Below are positions 10,509 through 20,522 of a DNA stretch of 64,000 bases, piece by piece; within the stretch, counting starts at the first letter, position 1; each line of letters starts with the position of its first letter. The notes under the pieces were generated by a model, which saw nothing but the letters and a program-made list of their open reading frames with translations, made no database searches and was not told the origin of the DNA. Source of the DNA: Candidatus Thalassarchaeaceae archaeon. Lineage in GTDB: Archaea > Thermoplasmatota > Poseidoniia > Poseidoniales > Thalassarchaeaceae. The position numbers were made by a program, and so were the translations under genes. Location of the stretch: assembly GCA_045568115.1 (NCBI GenBank), contig JBJLBO010000005.1, positions 397,034-461,033 of the forward strand, read 5' to 3'.

Positions 10509-10709
10509 ATGAGTATGGTTGTTGATGTACTCGATTTTCTATCTATTGCAGGGTGCTTTCTACCTATCCTCTATTTCCTTTATCTTTGGATAAGATTCGG
10601 GTGGTCAGGGGCTTGGGTAAAGGTAGACATGCTTTGGCACAACCAAGCTGGCAGCAAGTATCCTTTCGAGAGTGATGAAGAGGACAAGCATACGAATAAA
10701 GATGAGTAA
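10509..10709 (+). CDS. Small hypothetical membrane protein (66 aa)
   Basis: N-terminal TM helix, acidic tail, fills the gap between neighbours. Confidence 0.55.
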   Translation: MSMVVDVLDFLSIAGCFLPILYFLYLWIRFGWSGAWVKVDMLWHNQAGSKYPFESDEEDKHTNKDE

Positions 10710-10764
10710 TTCACAGGATAGTACAATGTGTCGTGTGAACTTTCATTAATTCTGTAATTATCCG

Positions 10765-11424
10765 ATGAACATGCACAAGGTACCAAAGCTGGTTCTTGGC
10801 CTTGGTGGGATTCTCTTTGTTATCGGTTGGGCAATCATCATGATGGATCCTATGGGTGTAGACTCCTCTTCTCCATCAAGCGAGGATTGGAGTGGTACAT
10901 TGATGTTTGAAGACTCTACTCCAACTACTTTTGAAAGCGAGTTCAAGTGGGCTGCAACCTACAACGTATTTGTTCAGGATGGTTCAACCGTCACGGTTGA
11001 GGTACTCAATAGTGATATTGATGATATTTTCTGGCCTTGTGAATTAGATGACGAATGTGATGAGTTCGATGTTGATGGGCACATCAATGGCTACCATTAC
11101 ATCGGTGAATTGGATTTCGAAGAGGAAGGCACAGGCATATACAATCCATTTACAAAGAGTGGCACATATGAGATTAGTTTCACTGAAGAGAATGGTGAAA
11201 CTGTCAATGTTATGATTCGTGAAGATACAAGCTTCGAAGGATTCCTTGCCGTTGCCGGCGGAGTTATCAGCTGCTTTGCTGGTATCATTATCCTCATCAT
11301 TGGCAGCATTTTGTCAAAAGTGATGAAAGAGAATCCAAAAGTGGAACTCACATCAACTGTGAACGATGAACCAAGAGTTAGCAATTCAGAAATAAGTAAG
11401 AGTGAGATTGGGATGAGTCGGTAG
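10765..11424 (+). CDS. Hypothetical protein with N- and C-terminal TM helices and an acidic extracellular domain
   Basis: Two clear TM segments flank an acidic beta-rich region. Confidence 0.7.
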   Translation: MNMHKVPKLVLGLGGILFVIGWAIIMMDPMGVDSSSPSSEDWSGTLMFEDSTPTTFESEFKWAATYNVFVQDGSTVTVEVLNSDIDDIFWPCELDDECDEFDVDGHINGYHYIGELDFEEEGTGIYNPFTKSGTYEISFTEENGETVNVMIREDTSFEGFLAVAGGVISCFAGIIILIIGSILSKVMKENPKVELTSTVNDEPRVSNSEISKSEIGMSR

Positions 11425-11440
11425 TAATCAGGTGAATTAG

Positions 11441-11944
11441 ATGGGAGACGAGGTTTGGTATGCAACAATTGTTGGAGTTATATTATTGAGTGGATTGAGC
11501 ATTTTCTACATCCTTTATCTTGCAAAGATGCGTCGGACGAAAACAAATGCTGCTTGGAAACAAGCTGCAACAGAACTGGAACTCGATTTTACTCCAGTTA
11601 CGCGAATATTTGGTGAATATAGAATGAGTGGGGTAATTGGAAAACAACTGAGTTGTTCGGTTTGGGCGTATACAAAACCGGATAATCGGGGAGGATATAC
11701 TACAGTCATGAATTATGATGTGAGGTTTCCCCAGCGACTCAATAATGTAAAGGAACTTCTCACACCCAATATTCAATCTAAACTCTTAGAGGTAAATAAT
11801 GTCCTGAAGAAGGTGGTAGTTTCTGATGATTCAGTCAACTCCATTGGTATGCATGGTTTCATTCGCAAATCAGAGATTTTGGTTCAAAATGTCAAACTAC
11901 TGATTCAATTGGCTGAGTTGATTATTCCAAACGAAGAAACATAG
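11441..11944 (+). CDS. Hypothetical membrane-anchored protein
   Basis: N-terminal TM helix followed by a basic stretch and a soluble domain. Confidence 0.6.
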   Translation: MGDEVWYATIVGVILLSGLSIFYILYLAKMRRTKTNAAWKQAATELELDFTPVTRIFGEYRMSGVIGKQLSCSVWAYTKPDNRGGYTTVMNYDVRFPQRLNNVKELLTPNIQSKLLEVNNVLKKVVVSDDSVNSIGMHGFIRKSEILVQNVKLLIQLAELIIPNEET

Positions 11945-11976
11945 GCCCGCCATAATGGGTACCCATTGATCCGATT

Positions 11977-13008
11977 TCAAGGATGAGGCGGTACTTCGTC
12001 AGTCCAGTGTGACATTTTATTCAACGTGATTGTAACATTAGTGATTTCACCATCTTCCCAATAATCAACAGCAATGAAAGTTGGTCTATTACCTACGAAC
12101 TCCCAGCAAAACAAAGCGCGATTCAGAAGAGTTTCGTAATCGTTGACATCATTGGATCTAACTGGATCTGCAAGACCATAGATACTGCTGAGCCAGTTAT
12201 TCATGTGCCAAACTGGCTGCTCGATATCACCTCTTCCAACTCTGCAGGACATGTCCGTTTGTTCCTGCTCTCCATAAGGTGTGTCCCAGCTGTGAGTCCA
12301 TGCGTGATGAAGCCAAGGATATCTCTCGTCGAAACCGTAGTCCCAATAAATTACCAAGTCGGTTCCATTTAGAACTAACTCACCTAGACTAGGCCATGGT
12401 TCACCCGGCTCATGCACATATGCTCTGTCCATCATTCCAGTCTTGTTGAAAAGGTATTCAACGTGTTCTCCAGGAACGTAATTCTCAAGGAGCAAAGTCA
12501 CCACATCACCACTACTATTATTCATCAACGATCCTAAATCGCTTAGCCAGGTAAATGCGTCAACTTCGGAATATATACATGGATAGAAAAGAGTAGAATC
12601 TGGATCACCATGACAGAATCTAACATCATCAGGTTCTGTATCCTGTTTTGATAAGTGATGAACATCTAGCATGTAGGCCCTAATCCCGCCATCCCATTGA
12701 GCCTGCAAGGCTGTGTAGTGGTTGACCGCCATCCACACTCCATTCTCGTATGTGGAGAATGAATTGTGTGTCTCTGCGAAGGTGAAATTATCATAAGAAC
12801 GAAGGCAATACTCAGCTAGGTCGTTGCAAACGATTCCATCTTCTGGATTGGATGGGTCAAGACCTCTTTCGACCTCCCAACCGTTTGGAAGACCGTCTCC
12901 ATCATCATCTGCCTCAGGGTCATAATCATCAGTCGCTAAACATCCAGGGAATACTAAGCATAGACCAATCAGAATAGTCTGCAAGTGGACTACAAGGGAC
13001 TTTCCCAT
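11977..13008 (-). CDS. PI-PLC X-domain / PLC-like phosphodiesterase, probable lipoprotein
   Basis: FAETHNSF, GIRAYMLDVH, FCHG, VTLLLENY, FIAVDYW; signal ending FPGC; Ca-binding-like DDDGDGLPNGWE. Confidence 0.78.
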   Translation of the reverse strand: MGKSLVVHLQTILIGLCLVFPGCLATDDYDPEADDDGDGLPNGWEVERGLDPSNPEDGIVCNDLAEYCLRSYDNFTFAETHNSFSTYENGVWMAVNHYTALQAQWDGGIRAYMLDVHHLSKQDTEPDDVRFCHGDPDSTLFYPCIYSEVDAFTWLSDLGSLMNNSSGDVVTLLLENYVPGEHVEYLFNKTGMMDRAYVHEPGEPWPSLGELVLNGTDLVIYWDYGFDERYPWLHHAWTHSWDTPYGEQEQTDMSCRVGRGDIEQPVWHMNNWLSSIYGLADPVRSNDVNDYETLLNRALFCWEFVGNRPTFIAVDYWEDGEITNVTITLNKMSHWTDEVPPHP

Positions 13009-13085
13009 GATTAACCCATAACACCCAACGGGCATTAACTTGCCCCTGAGTGGGTGAATTATTAGATTTAAGACTGAAAAAAAAA

Positions 13086-16000
13086 TTACTTATTTTCGTC
13101 GTCAAGTTCTCTAATATCAAAAGCAGACCAAGATTCAATCATCTCTATGTCTCTCTTTATTGAGTCCATTCGCTGCTTCTGGACAGTCACTCCGATAAGT
13201 GAGACTAGAACTAATAGCAAGATGAAAAATGGTAATCCACTACCAGAGATCCATGATATCAGATTGTTATCTTCCGGCTCAACAATATTCACATTCTCTA
13301 TCAACAAAGGACTAACCATTTCTCCATCAATTGCCCAAACCTCAACATGAGCCCATTTGCTATCAGATAAAAGCCATAAGCCACGATATGTCCAAATATT
13401 ATCTCCAGCGGTTTCGTCTCCTTCCATTCCATCATCATGGAATTCAAGACTCATCTCATCACCTGCAGAAGCCATCAATCCACTAATTGTTTGAGTTGTC
13501 CCATCTGGATCATCGAGAACAACAGTGATTAACATCGAAGTTGGTTCATCAGAATAAATGAAATCTGGAGAAATTTGTAAATCAGATATAGTTGGTGATG
13601 AAGAGCCAATCGTAAGGTTTACCGAGGCTGTAGAGATGATTCCTCTGGAGTCTTTGACTAATAGATCAACTCTAGTAATCCCAGGTTCAAACATAACTTC
13701 AATAATTTGCTTATCTCCAAGTAAATTTAGAGAGTTTGAAAACCATTGGTAAAGTACAATATCGTTATCATAATCGTAAGATGTTGATGCATCGAGAATA
13801 ATCTTAGTTCCAGGAGGAACGTACTGTCCATCCATAAGACCATTGATTTCAGCAATTGGCCCAGTCTGCATTACAGTAAGCATCTGAGTGTAAGTACTAA
13901 CTCTACCTGTTGAATCTTGTAATTCAAAGGTTAATTCATGTTCCCCATGAGGTATATATTCAGTGAACAAGCTCTCTGTCGTCTTATCTTTAAGAATAGG
14001 AGTAGACATTAGATTTGAACTAACCGTGACTGTGAACGAATCTCCCTCTGGATCAAATGAATCACGGAAATCAAAGAGTACTGGAGAATTAGATAGTTCT
14101 TGAGCATCTGGAACTGGAGAGGCAAGAATCAGAATCGGAGCTGCCTCATCGACTTGCAGAGTGATTGTATCAGAAGAAGGCTGACCTGAACCATCATCAA
14201 TTGTCAATGTAATATTATGAATTCCTTTAGGCAATCTTTCTTCTACAACCCAGCCACTAGCAAAAGGTTCCCTCAGGCTATCACTTTCCCAAATTACACT
14301 AACAAGATCTCTACTAATTGTAGAAGTTGGATTACAAATGAAGCCACTACCATTGTCTGGTATTTCTGTACACGATACATCCCAGTCTCCTGAGCCAGTT
14401 GCATCAAATCGAATTAACGTCCCAGAATCAGTTTGAGTATTATTGAAAGGTTCTGAGATTAGCGCTACTGGCTTAGAATTGTTGACATTAATTATCATCT
14501 CACTTGAAGTCCAAGAGTTTTGATGGCTAGATAAATCATCACTAGCAAACATAGTTATGGTGTGTAATCCCTTACTCAACCATCCATTCCATTCAACGCT
14601 TTCATCTGGAGTATAGCTTGAAATGAGGAGACCATCTATGTCGCTCCAAAATTCAAATCTAATTTCATCACCTTCGGGATCTGTGACCATCGTTCCATCT
14701 AAAGTAACAGCGGATGATGAGAAATCATTTGCTCTTACAACTTCAAATTCAGCAACAGGAACTTCGTTGAAAAGTCTAACATTGATTGGCGATGTGACAT
14801 CTGGATTTACACCATCAGAAAGATGTATAGTAATTCTGAATTCAGTTGGTGCACCAGGGAAATTTGTATCGAAAAGCATTGAACACCCTTGATTTTCTGG
14901 TGTTGAAAAGCCATAACTTGTTTCAAGCCAACATGTTAGTGGATCATTTTCGGGATCAGAACTTCCTTCAAGAGAAATTGTCGCATTCGCTGTTTTTCCA
15001 AGATGCATAATGCCCCAAGAAGAGATTCCTGGTGATGTTTCAACAGAGAGTGAGGGTGGTTGATTGAATAGAGTGATTGTCCTTGTCTCGATTGCGCAGT
15101 TACTGTGAATATCACATACTTCAAGTGTAATCTGATGAGATCCGTCCGAGAGGCAAATGGAGTTCCCCTCCACATTAGCATAGAAGATGGAATTGTTGCT
15201 AATAGAAGATTGTGAGCAAGAACTCAGAAGATCTCCATCAATGCTGCTTGTCCAGCTATAAATGAGATTATCAATATCCAAATCCCAAGACTCGGTTGCA
15301 TTGAAAGTAACCGTGCTACCACTTGGATAAACAGATTCATCTTCTGGAGTTGTCCATATGATGAAAGGTGGTTGATTAGTTAATTCCAATCTACAATATA
15401 CTACTCGATCTTGGTCTAGAGTTACGGCCGCGGAATCGTTGTGAACACTATCGTAGTCACAACCAACATTGACGATATTATCAGATGACCAACCTTGAGA
15501 AGGAAGCCATCTAGCACCAACATATGGGCCAAATGTTTCTTTGCCGTAATATGATAAGGAACCATTTTCTGGTGATTCATAACTTTCAAAGGACAAATTA
15601 ACTTCAGCATTTGGAATATGATTCAACATATGGTTAATGGCATGTATTTCGACAAACCACATCACATCAATGATATTACTAGTGGAATCAAAACTAGGAA
15701 TCCCCATCGAATCAGATGAAATCCAGCGAAGATAACTATCTTCAATCATATGGAAAGAGGATTCATAACCCGAGCCAATGAAAAATTCTGAGTTCGTGAA
15801 ATTGACATTGCTCGAATCAATTGATGGTTTCAATCCAGTAGCACATAACATCTCAAGATTTGAGATTAGTAATTCTTCATGATTTACAATTTCAATGCAT
15901 GAATCTACATTTCCTGAAATTGTACTATTTGAGAGAGTCGAAGTCATTGAATCGCCACCACTCCAATAGATTCCACTATTATCTCCTGACGAGTTTATCT

Positions 16001-17723
16001 GATTGATGAAGGCATTCACATCATTCATTTGTATAGCATACTCACTAGAGTTTTGATTAATACTTAAGTCATCGATAATAATGAATCCATCTCTAGTTAG
16101 GCCTGTGTTATCAATGTCTAATGCAGAACCAAAATTAGGATTATTTATCTCAACTGAGATGAGTTGTAAATCAATACTATCACGAACGATTATTCCAAAC
16201 TGATCATTATTAGATACACAGTTATTACAGGAGATATTTTTCCCACCACTCATTATGTCATTAGCCTCTTCAAAATATAATCCTGCACCAGATTCTGCAG
16301 TTGTTGCGCCAATTCCATTTCCAGATGTTGTTATATTTGCAAGTTCTACATTGCTTGAGTCGCGAATCGAAACTCCATTTTTCAGATTGTTGAAACTTGT
16401 TAGATTATTGATAGAGGGATGGAATTCGAGTAATTCTACACCGTTACCAGCATTATCTGCAATATGCCAATTGTTACCAATTGCTCCGCCTTTTGACATC
16501 ATTACTCCCGGACCACTAGAGTTGGTGACTACAAGATTGTTGACTGTCGGAGCCCAGTTGACACTGCGCATATAGAAACCTGCACGATTAGCACTTGAGG
16601 AACTCTGTGAAGGATTCCCATTATCGTTCAGGTTAATATCATTGATGATTGTTGAAGATCCAATTAGATATGCCTTGAAACCTACTACAGGATTGTTTTC
16701 TATTAATGCATTTTCTATAATTACGCCACTCGTATTCAACTCAAAAGCAGCAAAACCAAGACCCGAGGTCTTAGCATCAGGACCACCGGTTCCTCTAACT
16801 GTCAAATCCTCAAACACAGCATTGGCTGGAATGTTGGAGAACATGCTGTGATTATACTGCTCAACCATTACTCCACGGTACATACTATTCTCAATCACAA
16901 CTCTCTCAAATGTAGGTCTAGTAGTCCATCCTGAAGTAATATGTCTGACAAATATACCATTATCACATCTATTAATCTCAACATCCATAATCAGTGGAAT
17001 TGAATCTTCAACCCAGATTCCGGTTGCAATTCCTACTGTCGCACCAGAAATATTTGAAATCTCAAGATTTGAAATTAATCCTCCAGAGTTACCCCAGTAA
17101 TTCAGCGCCCTTGTAATTAGGCCATCAGCGATTAAGCCGTTTACAACAGGAGCAGAATTGGCCCCTACCGATAGACCAAAACCGTATCTCCAATGTGTAG
17201 TCGAACCATGTAAGTCTTGACCACCACCGTTTATGGTAAGATTATTGATTTCTGCAGTAGAACCGTCAAAGATATCGACGGCTACTCTATCTGCATTGTT
17301 GACCACAACATCAGATATAATGGGGTCACTACCATAAATCGATATTCCATATTCTGCATCCACTATAGTTAGATTATTTATTGAAGACCCTAAACCCTGA
17401 CTTGATTGATTGAAAACAATTCCATCGTGCTTTCCTATTATTGACTCGAGCAAAACAGGGCTAGTCAATGTACCTTGAACATTTATTCTTCCATCGACAG
17501 TAATTTCTTCATCGGCTCCTAATTGTATTGTAGTTCCGGCCTGAACAATAAGTACCTCTTGTGCACCTACAATATAACCATCGCTTAGAGTCACATTTCC
17601 AGACCAAACTGTAGTTGAACGAGTAGAAAAAGCACTAGATGTAAGAGGCATTGATATGGATGCCAGCATCAAAAAAATAAGACAGAAGCAAAGGCCCCGC
17701 CTATCCTTCTGCCCCAACTGCAT
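13086..17723 (-). CDS. Large surface protein: right-handed beta-helix, several PKD/Ig-like repeats, C-terminal TM anchor
   Basis: Signal peptide; parallel beta-helix repeats; repeated NQPP / F(N/D)A..S.D.(D/E)GD / W.S.IDG motifs; DDGMEGDETAGDNIWT; terminal TM helix. Confidence 0.82.
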   Translation of the reverse strand: MQLGQKDRRGLCFCLIFLMLASISMPLTSSAFSTRSTTVWSGNVTLSDGYIVGAQEVLIVQAGTTIQLGADEEITVDGRINVQGTLTSPVLLESIIGKHDGIVFNQSSQGLGSSINNLTIVDAEYGISIYGSDPIISDVVVNNADRVAVDIFDGSTAEINNLTINGGGQDLHGSTTHWRYGFGLSVGANSAPVVNGLIADGLITRALNYWGNSGGLISNLEISNISGATVGIATGIWVEDSIPLIMDVEINRCDNGIFVRHITSGWTTRPTFERVVIENSMYRGVMVEQYNHSMFSNIPANAVFEDLTVRGTGGPDAKTSGLGFAAFELNTSGVIIENALIENNPVVGFKAYLIGSSTIINDINLNDNGNPSQSSSSANRAGFYMRSVNWAPTVNNLVVTNSSGPGVMMSKGGAIGNNWHIADNAGNGVELLEFHPSINNLTSFNNLKNGVSIRDSSNVELANITTSGNGIGATTAESGAGLYFEEANDIMSGGKNISCNNCVSNNDQFGIIVRDSIDLQLISVEINNPNFGSALDIDNTGLTRDGFIIIDDLSINQNSSEYAIQMNDVNAFINQINSSGDNSGIYWSGGDSMTSTLSNSTISGNVDSCIEIVNHEELLISNLEMLCATGLKPSIDSSNVNFTNSEFFIGSGYESSFHMIEDSYLRWISSDSMGIPSFDSTSNIIDVMWFVEIHAINHMLNHIPNAEVNLSFESYESPENGSLSYYGKETFGPYVGARWLPSQGWSSDNIVNVGCDYDSVHNDSAAVTLDQDRVVYCRLELTNQPPFIIWTTPEDESVYPSGSTVTFNATESWDLDIDNLIYSWTSSIDGDLLSSCSQSSISNNSIFYANVEGNSICLSDGSHQITLEVCDIHSNCAIETRTITLFNQPPSLSVETSPGISSWGIMHLGKTANATISLEGSSDPENDPLTCWLETSYGFSTPENQGCSMLFDTNFPGAPTEFRITIHLSDGVNPDVTSPINVRLFNEVPVAEFEVVRANDFSSSAVTLDGTMVTDPEGDEIRFEFWSDIDGLLISSYTPDESVEWNGWLSKGLHTITMFASDDLSSHQNSWTSSEMIINVNNSKPVALISEPFNNTQTDSGTLIRFDATGSGDWDVSCTEIPDNGSGFICNPTSTISRDLVSVIWESDSLREPFASGWVVEERLPKGIHNITLTIDDGSGQPSSDTITLQVDEAAPILILASPVPDAQELSNSPVLFDFRDSFDPEGDSFTVTVSSNLMSTPILKDKTTESLFTEYIPHGEHELTFELQDSTGRVSTYTQMLTVMQTGPIAEINGLMDGQYVPPGTKIILDASTSYDYDNDIVLYQWFSNSLNLLGDKQIIEVMFEPGITRVDLLVKDSRGIISTASVNLTIGSSSPTISDLQISPDFIYSDEPTSMLITVVLDDPDGTTQTISGLMASAGDEMSLEFHDDGMEGDETAGDNIWTYRGLWLLSDSKWAHVEVWAIDGEMVSPLLIENVNIVEPEDNNLISWISGSGLPFFILLLVLVSLIGVTVQKQRMDSIKRDIEMIESWSAFDIRELDDENK

Positions 17724-17838
17724 AAACGGCGGCTGACTTCTTTTGATGTATTATTTCCCCTCAGTTGGGAGAACTACACATCGAGCGCAGTAGGAGTCAT
17801 AAATAGACAGGGGGCGCCATAGACCGGAGGGTCTTGAA

Positions 17839-18072
17839 TTGAGTACCGCATTCGTTCTAATCAAGACCAAACCAATGATGGAATCAGATGTTTATAGAGC
17901 TCTTCTTGCTATTGAAAACGTAGTAGAAACACATATTGTTTATGGAGAATATGATCTTGCAGCTAGGATTGATTTTACCGATGATAATGAAATGTCTAAG
18001 GTTCTAATTGGAGAATTTCGAAAGATTCCTGGAGTAGAACAAACTGAGACTCTAATTGCAGTGGAGGTCTGA
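17839..18072 (+). CDS. Stand-alone Lrp/AsnC ligand-binding (RAM) domain protein
   Basis: AFVLI...VYGEYDLAARI...IPGVEQTETLI, no HTH; GGAGG upstream of the TTG start. Confidence 0.88.
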   Translation: MSTAFVLIKTKPMMESDVYRALLAIENVVETHIVYGEYDLAARIDFTDDNEMSKVLIGEFRKIPGVEQTETLIAVEV

Positions 18073-18074
18073 AA

Positions 18075-18308
18075 ATGGCTGTAGGATTTGTACTCATCAC
18101 CACCGAACCGGGTCAGGAAATTTCAGTAAGAGATGAGGTGTCAAAATTCGACTGTGTCACAGGACAATGGATTGTTTTTGGCATTCATGATTTATTCGTG
18201 AAAGTTGAGGCAGAAGACGAGTCTGAACTCACACGTTGTATTGTTAAAGAAGTAAGATCAGTTAAAGGAATAGCCGAAACTAGAACCCTAATTGGAACTG
18301 AAATATGA
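18075..18308 (+). CDS. Stand-alone Lrp/AsnC ligand-binding (RAM) domain protein
   Basis: GFVLI...VFGIHDLFVKV...VKGIAETRTLI, no HTH. Confidence 0.88.
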   Translation: MAVGFVLITTEPGQEISVRDEVSKFDCVTGQWIVFGIHDLFVKVEAEDESELTRCIVKEVRSVKGIAETRTLIGTEI

Positions 18309-18313
18309 CATTC

Positions 18314-20467
18314 TCATAGAGATCGTGTCAACCTAATTAGTAAGTCTGAAGCTGCATTACTGCACTCAGCAGTCTTGAATCGACTAATTGCTTCTCTCCA
18401 ATGTGATAGCCGCATACTCGGTTCGAGTATTCCTCTCCAATACCAGCACTGTGCTGAAAGACGCCTATGAGAAGCGATATCCGGACGAAGTGAGTTTGAG
18501 TTCAAATTTGCGTGCTCAGCGATAAGCCATTCAGGATATTCAGGCTGTGTAGCCTCAAGCGAGGCATGAATGGCTTGAATTCTTGCAGTTTCATTTTCTT
18601 CATTCGCAATGAATTCTTTAGCAGTTTCAATGGCATGAGTTGAATCAACAAGTAATCGTGACCTTAAATCTATGAGAGCAAGTCGAGGATGATTTTCTCC
18701 CATCATAGTTACTAACGAAGAGCGAGTATTAGCAGCCACCTCAACCTCTCCATTGTCTTGTGCAACGGCATGACGGAGAAGATCTAGAGCAAGAGATGCA
18801 GCAGAACGATCGGATTCAGGAAGTTTAGAAATATCAATTTCATCAACTTCAACCAGAGAAATTGTAGTCTTATTTCCAGGAAGACGATCATCATGTTTTC
18901 TGACCAGTGATGCCATTTGATGTCGTACTGCCTCAGAAGGAGGAAGATCTTCTAAAGCCATTGATTCTAATTCAGAAGCCAATGAAGGATCACCCTTTAA
19001 TCGTGCTAACCTTGCTTGACGTATGAGACTCTGTGGACTTTCTGATACTTCTTCTAAATGATTCTCCGCAATAGAAGGTTCACCTCTTTCTAGGGCTAAA
19101 TCTATCGCAGCAAAACGAAATGATTCGTTGTTACTAACCGCTATTGCATCCTCCATCAGAACTGCAGCTGCAGCATTATCATCATCAGAAATCATGGCAA
19201 TGCTTTCGAGGAACCACTCGGAGTCAACTTCTTTGTCGGAATTCAATCTATGATGAGCCTCTATTCGGCGAGCACGAGGTCCCTCCATCTTAGCCCAAAA
19301 TTCAGCAATCTGAGAGTGAATCTTCTTTGTTTTTTCCGCATCAATTGAGGCCCGCAGAACATTTCGAATCAAGTGATGAGGCTCAACAAGATTACTCATC
19401 CAACGAAGGATTGCTGCATCATCTAATTCAGCAGTCCCTCTATCATCTGAAACCTCGGAAATGTCTAGTGGAACCGGGGTGAGGCTCAATTCATTAAGAG
19501 TACATTTAGCTTCTTCACTTAATTTTCTAATTACAGTTTGTTCGACATAATCCTGCAATTCTTGACCCTCTCCGGGTATTTCTTCTTCGGGCGACCATAA
19601 TCGGAGAGCTAATGGATGACCACCAAGTGCACCTGCAACTTGTTTTGCTAATTCTTGGTCTGTATCCTCTGGAAGTAAGTCAACAGCGTCATCAATTTCA
19701 AGTCCTTCAATTCTTACTTCTTCATATCCGACTAATTCTGTAAAAGGACTTGGGGCGCGCACAGCAATTAGAATTGAACCTGCATTATTGGCACATTCGC
19801 TAAGCATTTCTGATATTGGATCTACGTGACGAGGGCTCAATTCCTGAGCCTCATCAAGAACAATCAATGTCTTTCTGTTAGAGACTACTGAGGCGATTGC
19901 AATCGGATCAGTAGGTGCATTATCACCAACCCACATTCTTCCGATAGCAGAAGCATCGGCATCTGTGTGACAAGTGGACCATCTAATCTTCCAACCAATT
20001 TCCATTAATCTTCCTGCAACTGCACGTGCAATACTTGTTTTCCCAATTCCAGGCAAACCGCTAAGGTGAATCTTAGCCCCTGAAGATAGAGAATCAAAAA
20101 TAGATGATACTATCTCATCTCTACCACGAATATGAATAGAATCCGGCATAGTTCCGATTGCCAAACCAACAGCCTCAGTTGGCTTTTTCTCAGAAGAAAT
20201 TGAGGCAACCTTCTCCCTACCTTGAGAGGTCAGAAAGACCACAATTCTACGGCGTGAGCCACCCCCAATCACATGAGTAGAACGGGTGTCAACTAGACCT
20301 GAATTTTGTAACTCTTTGAGGGGTTTATGGATTGCTGAACGAACCAAACCTAGATGTTCAGCTAATCCCGGCAATGATAAGTCACGAGGGACATCCCAAG
20401 CGGTCTCAACTTCAGCACCAAAATCTGCTAGACGGAGCAGAATGCGGACCTGGGTCTCGCTCAGCAT
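18314..20467 (-). CDS. STAND-like NTPase with N-terminal winged HTH and C-terminal helical repeats
   Basis: wHTH (LAEHLGLVRSAIHKPLKEL), GRDEI, Walker A GLPGIGKTS, Walker B LIVLDEAQ, GxP motif GGHPLAL. Confidence 0.8.
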   Translation of the reverse strand: MLSETQVRILLRLADFGAEVETAWDVPRDLSLPGLAEHLGLVRSAIHKPLKELQNSGLVDTRSTHVIGGGSRRRIVVFLTSQGREKVASISSEKKPTEAVGLAIGTMPDSIHIRGRDEIVSSIFDSLSSGAKIHLSGLPGIGKTSIARAVAGRLMEIGWKIRWSTCHTDADASAIGRMWVGDNAPTDPIAIASVVSNRKTLIVLDEAQELSPRHVDPISEMLSECANNAGSILIAVRAPSPFTELVGYEEVRIEGLEIDDAVDLLPEDTDQELAKQVAGALGGHPLALRLWSPEEEIPGEGQELQDYVEQTVIRKLSEEAKCTLNELSLTPVPLDISEVSDDRGTAELDDAAILRWMSNLVEPHHLIRNVLRASIDAEKTKKIHSQIAEFWAKMEGPRARRIEAHHRLNSDKEVDSEWFLESIAMISDDDNAAAAVLMEDAIAVSNNESFRFAAIDLALERGEPSIAENHLEEVSESPQSLIRQARLARLKGDPSLASELESMALEDLPPSEAVRHQMASLVRKHDDRLPGNKTTISLVEVDEIDISKLPESDRSAASLALDLLRHAVAQDNGEVEVAANTRSSLVTMMGENHPRLALIDLRSRLLVDSTHAIETAKEFIANEENETARIQAIHASLEATQPEYPEWLIAEHANLNSNSLRPDIASHRRLSAQCWYWRGILEPSMRLSHWREAISRFKTAECSNAASDLLIRLTRSL

Positions 20468-20522
20468 GTTGGGTGAGCGAGGCCATCAGTTCATGGGCGT
20501 TGACCTCTACCGATTCACCCCA

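Noticed and set aside
20286-20492. Long N-terminal extension of UvrC in the ORF track
   Set aside because: It overlaps the STAND gene on the opposite strand and has no UvrC similarity.
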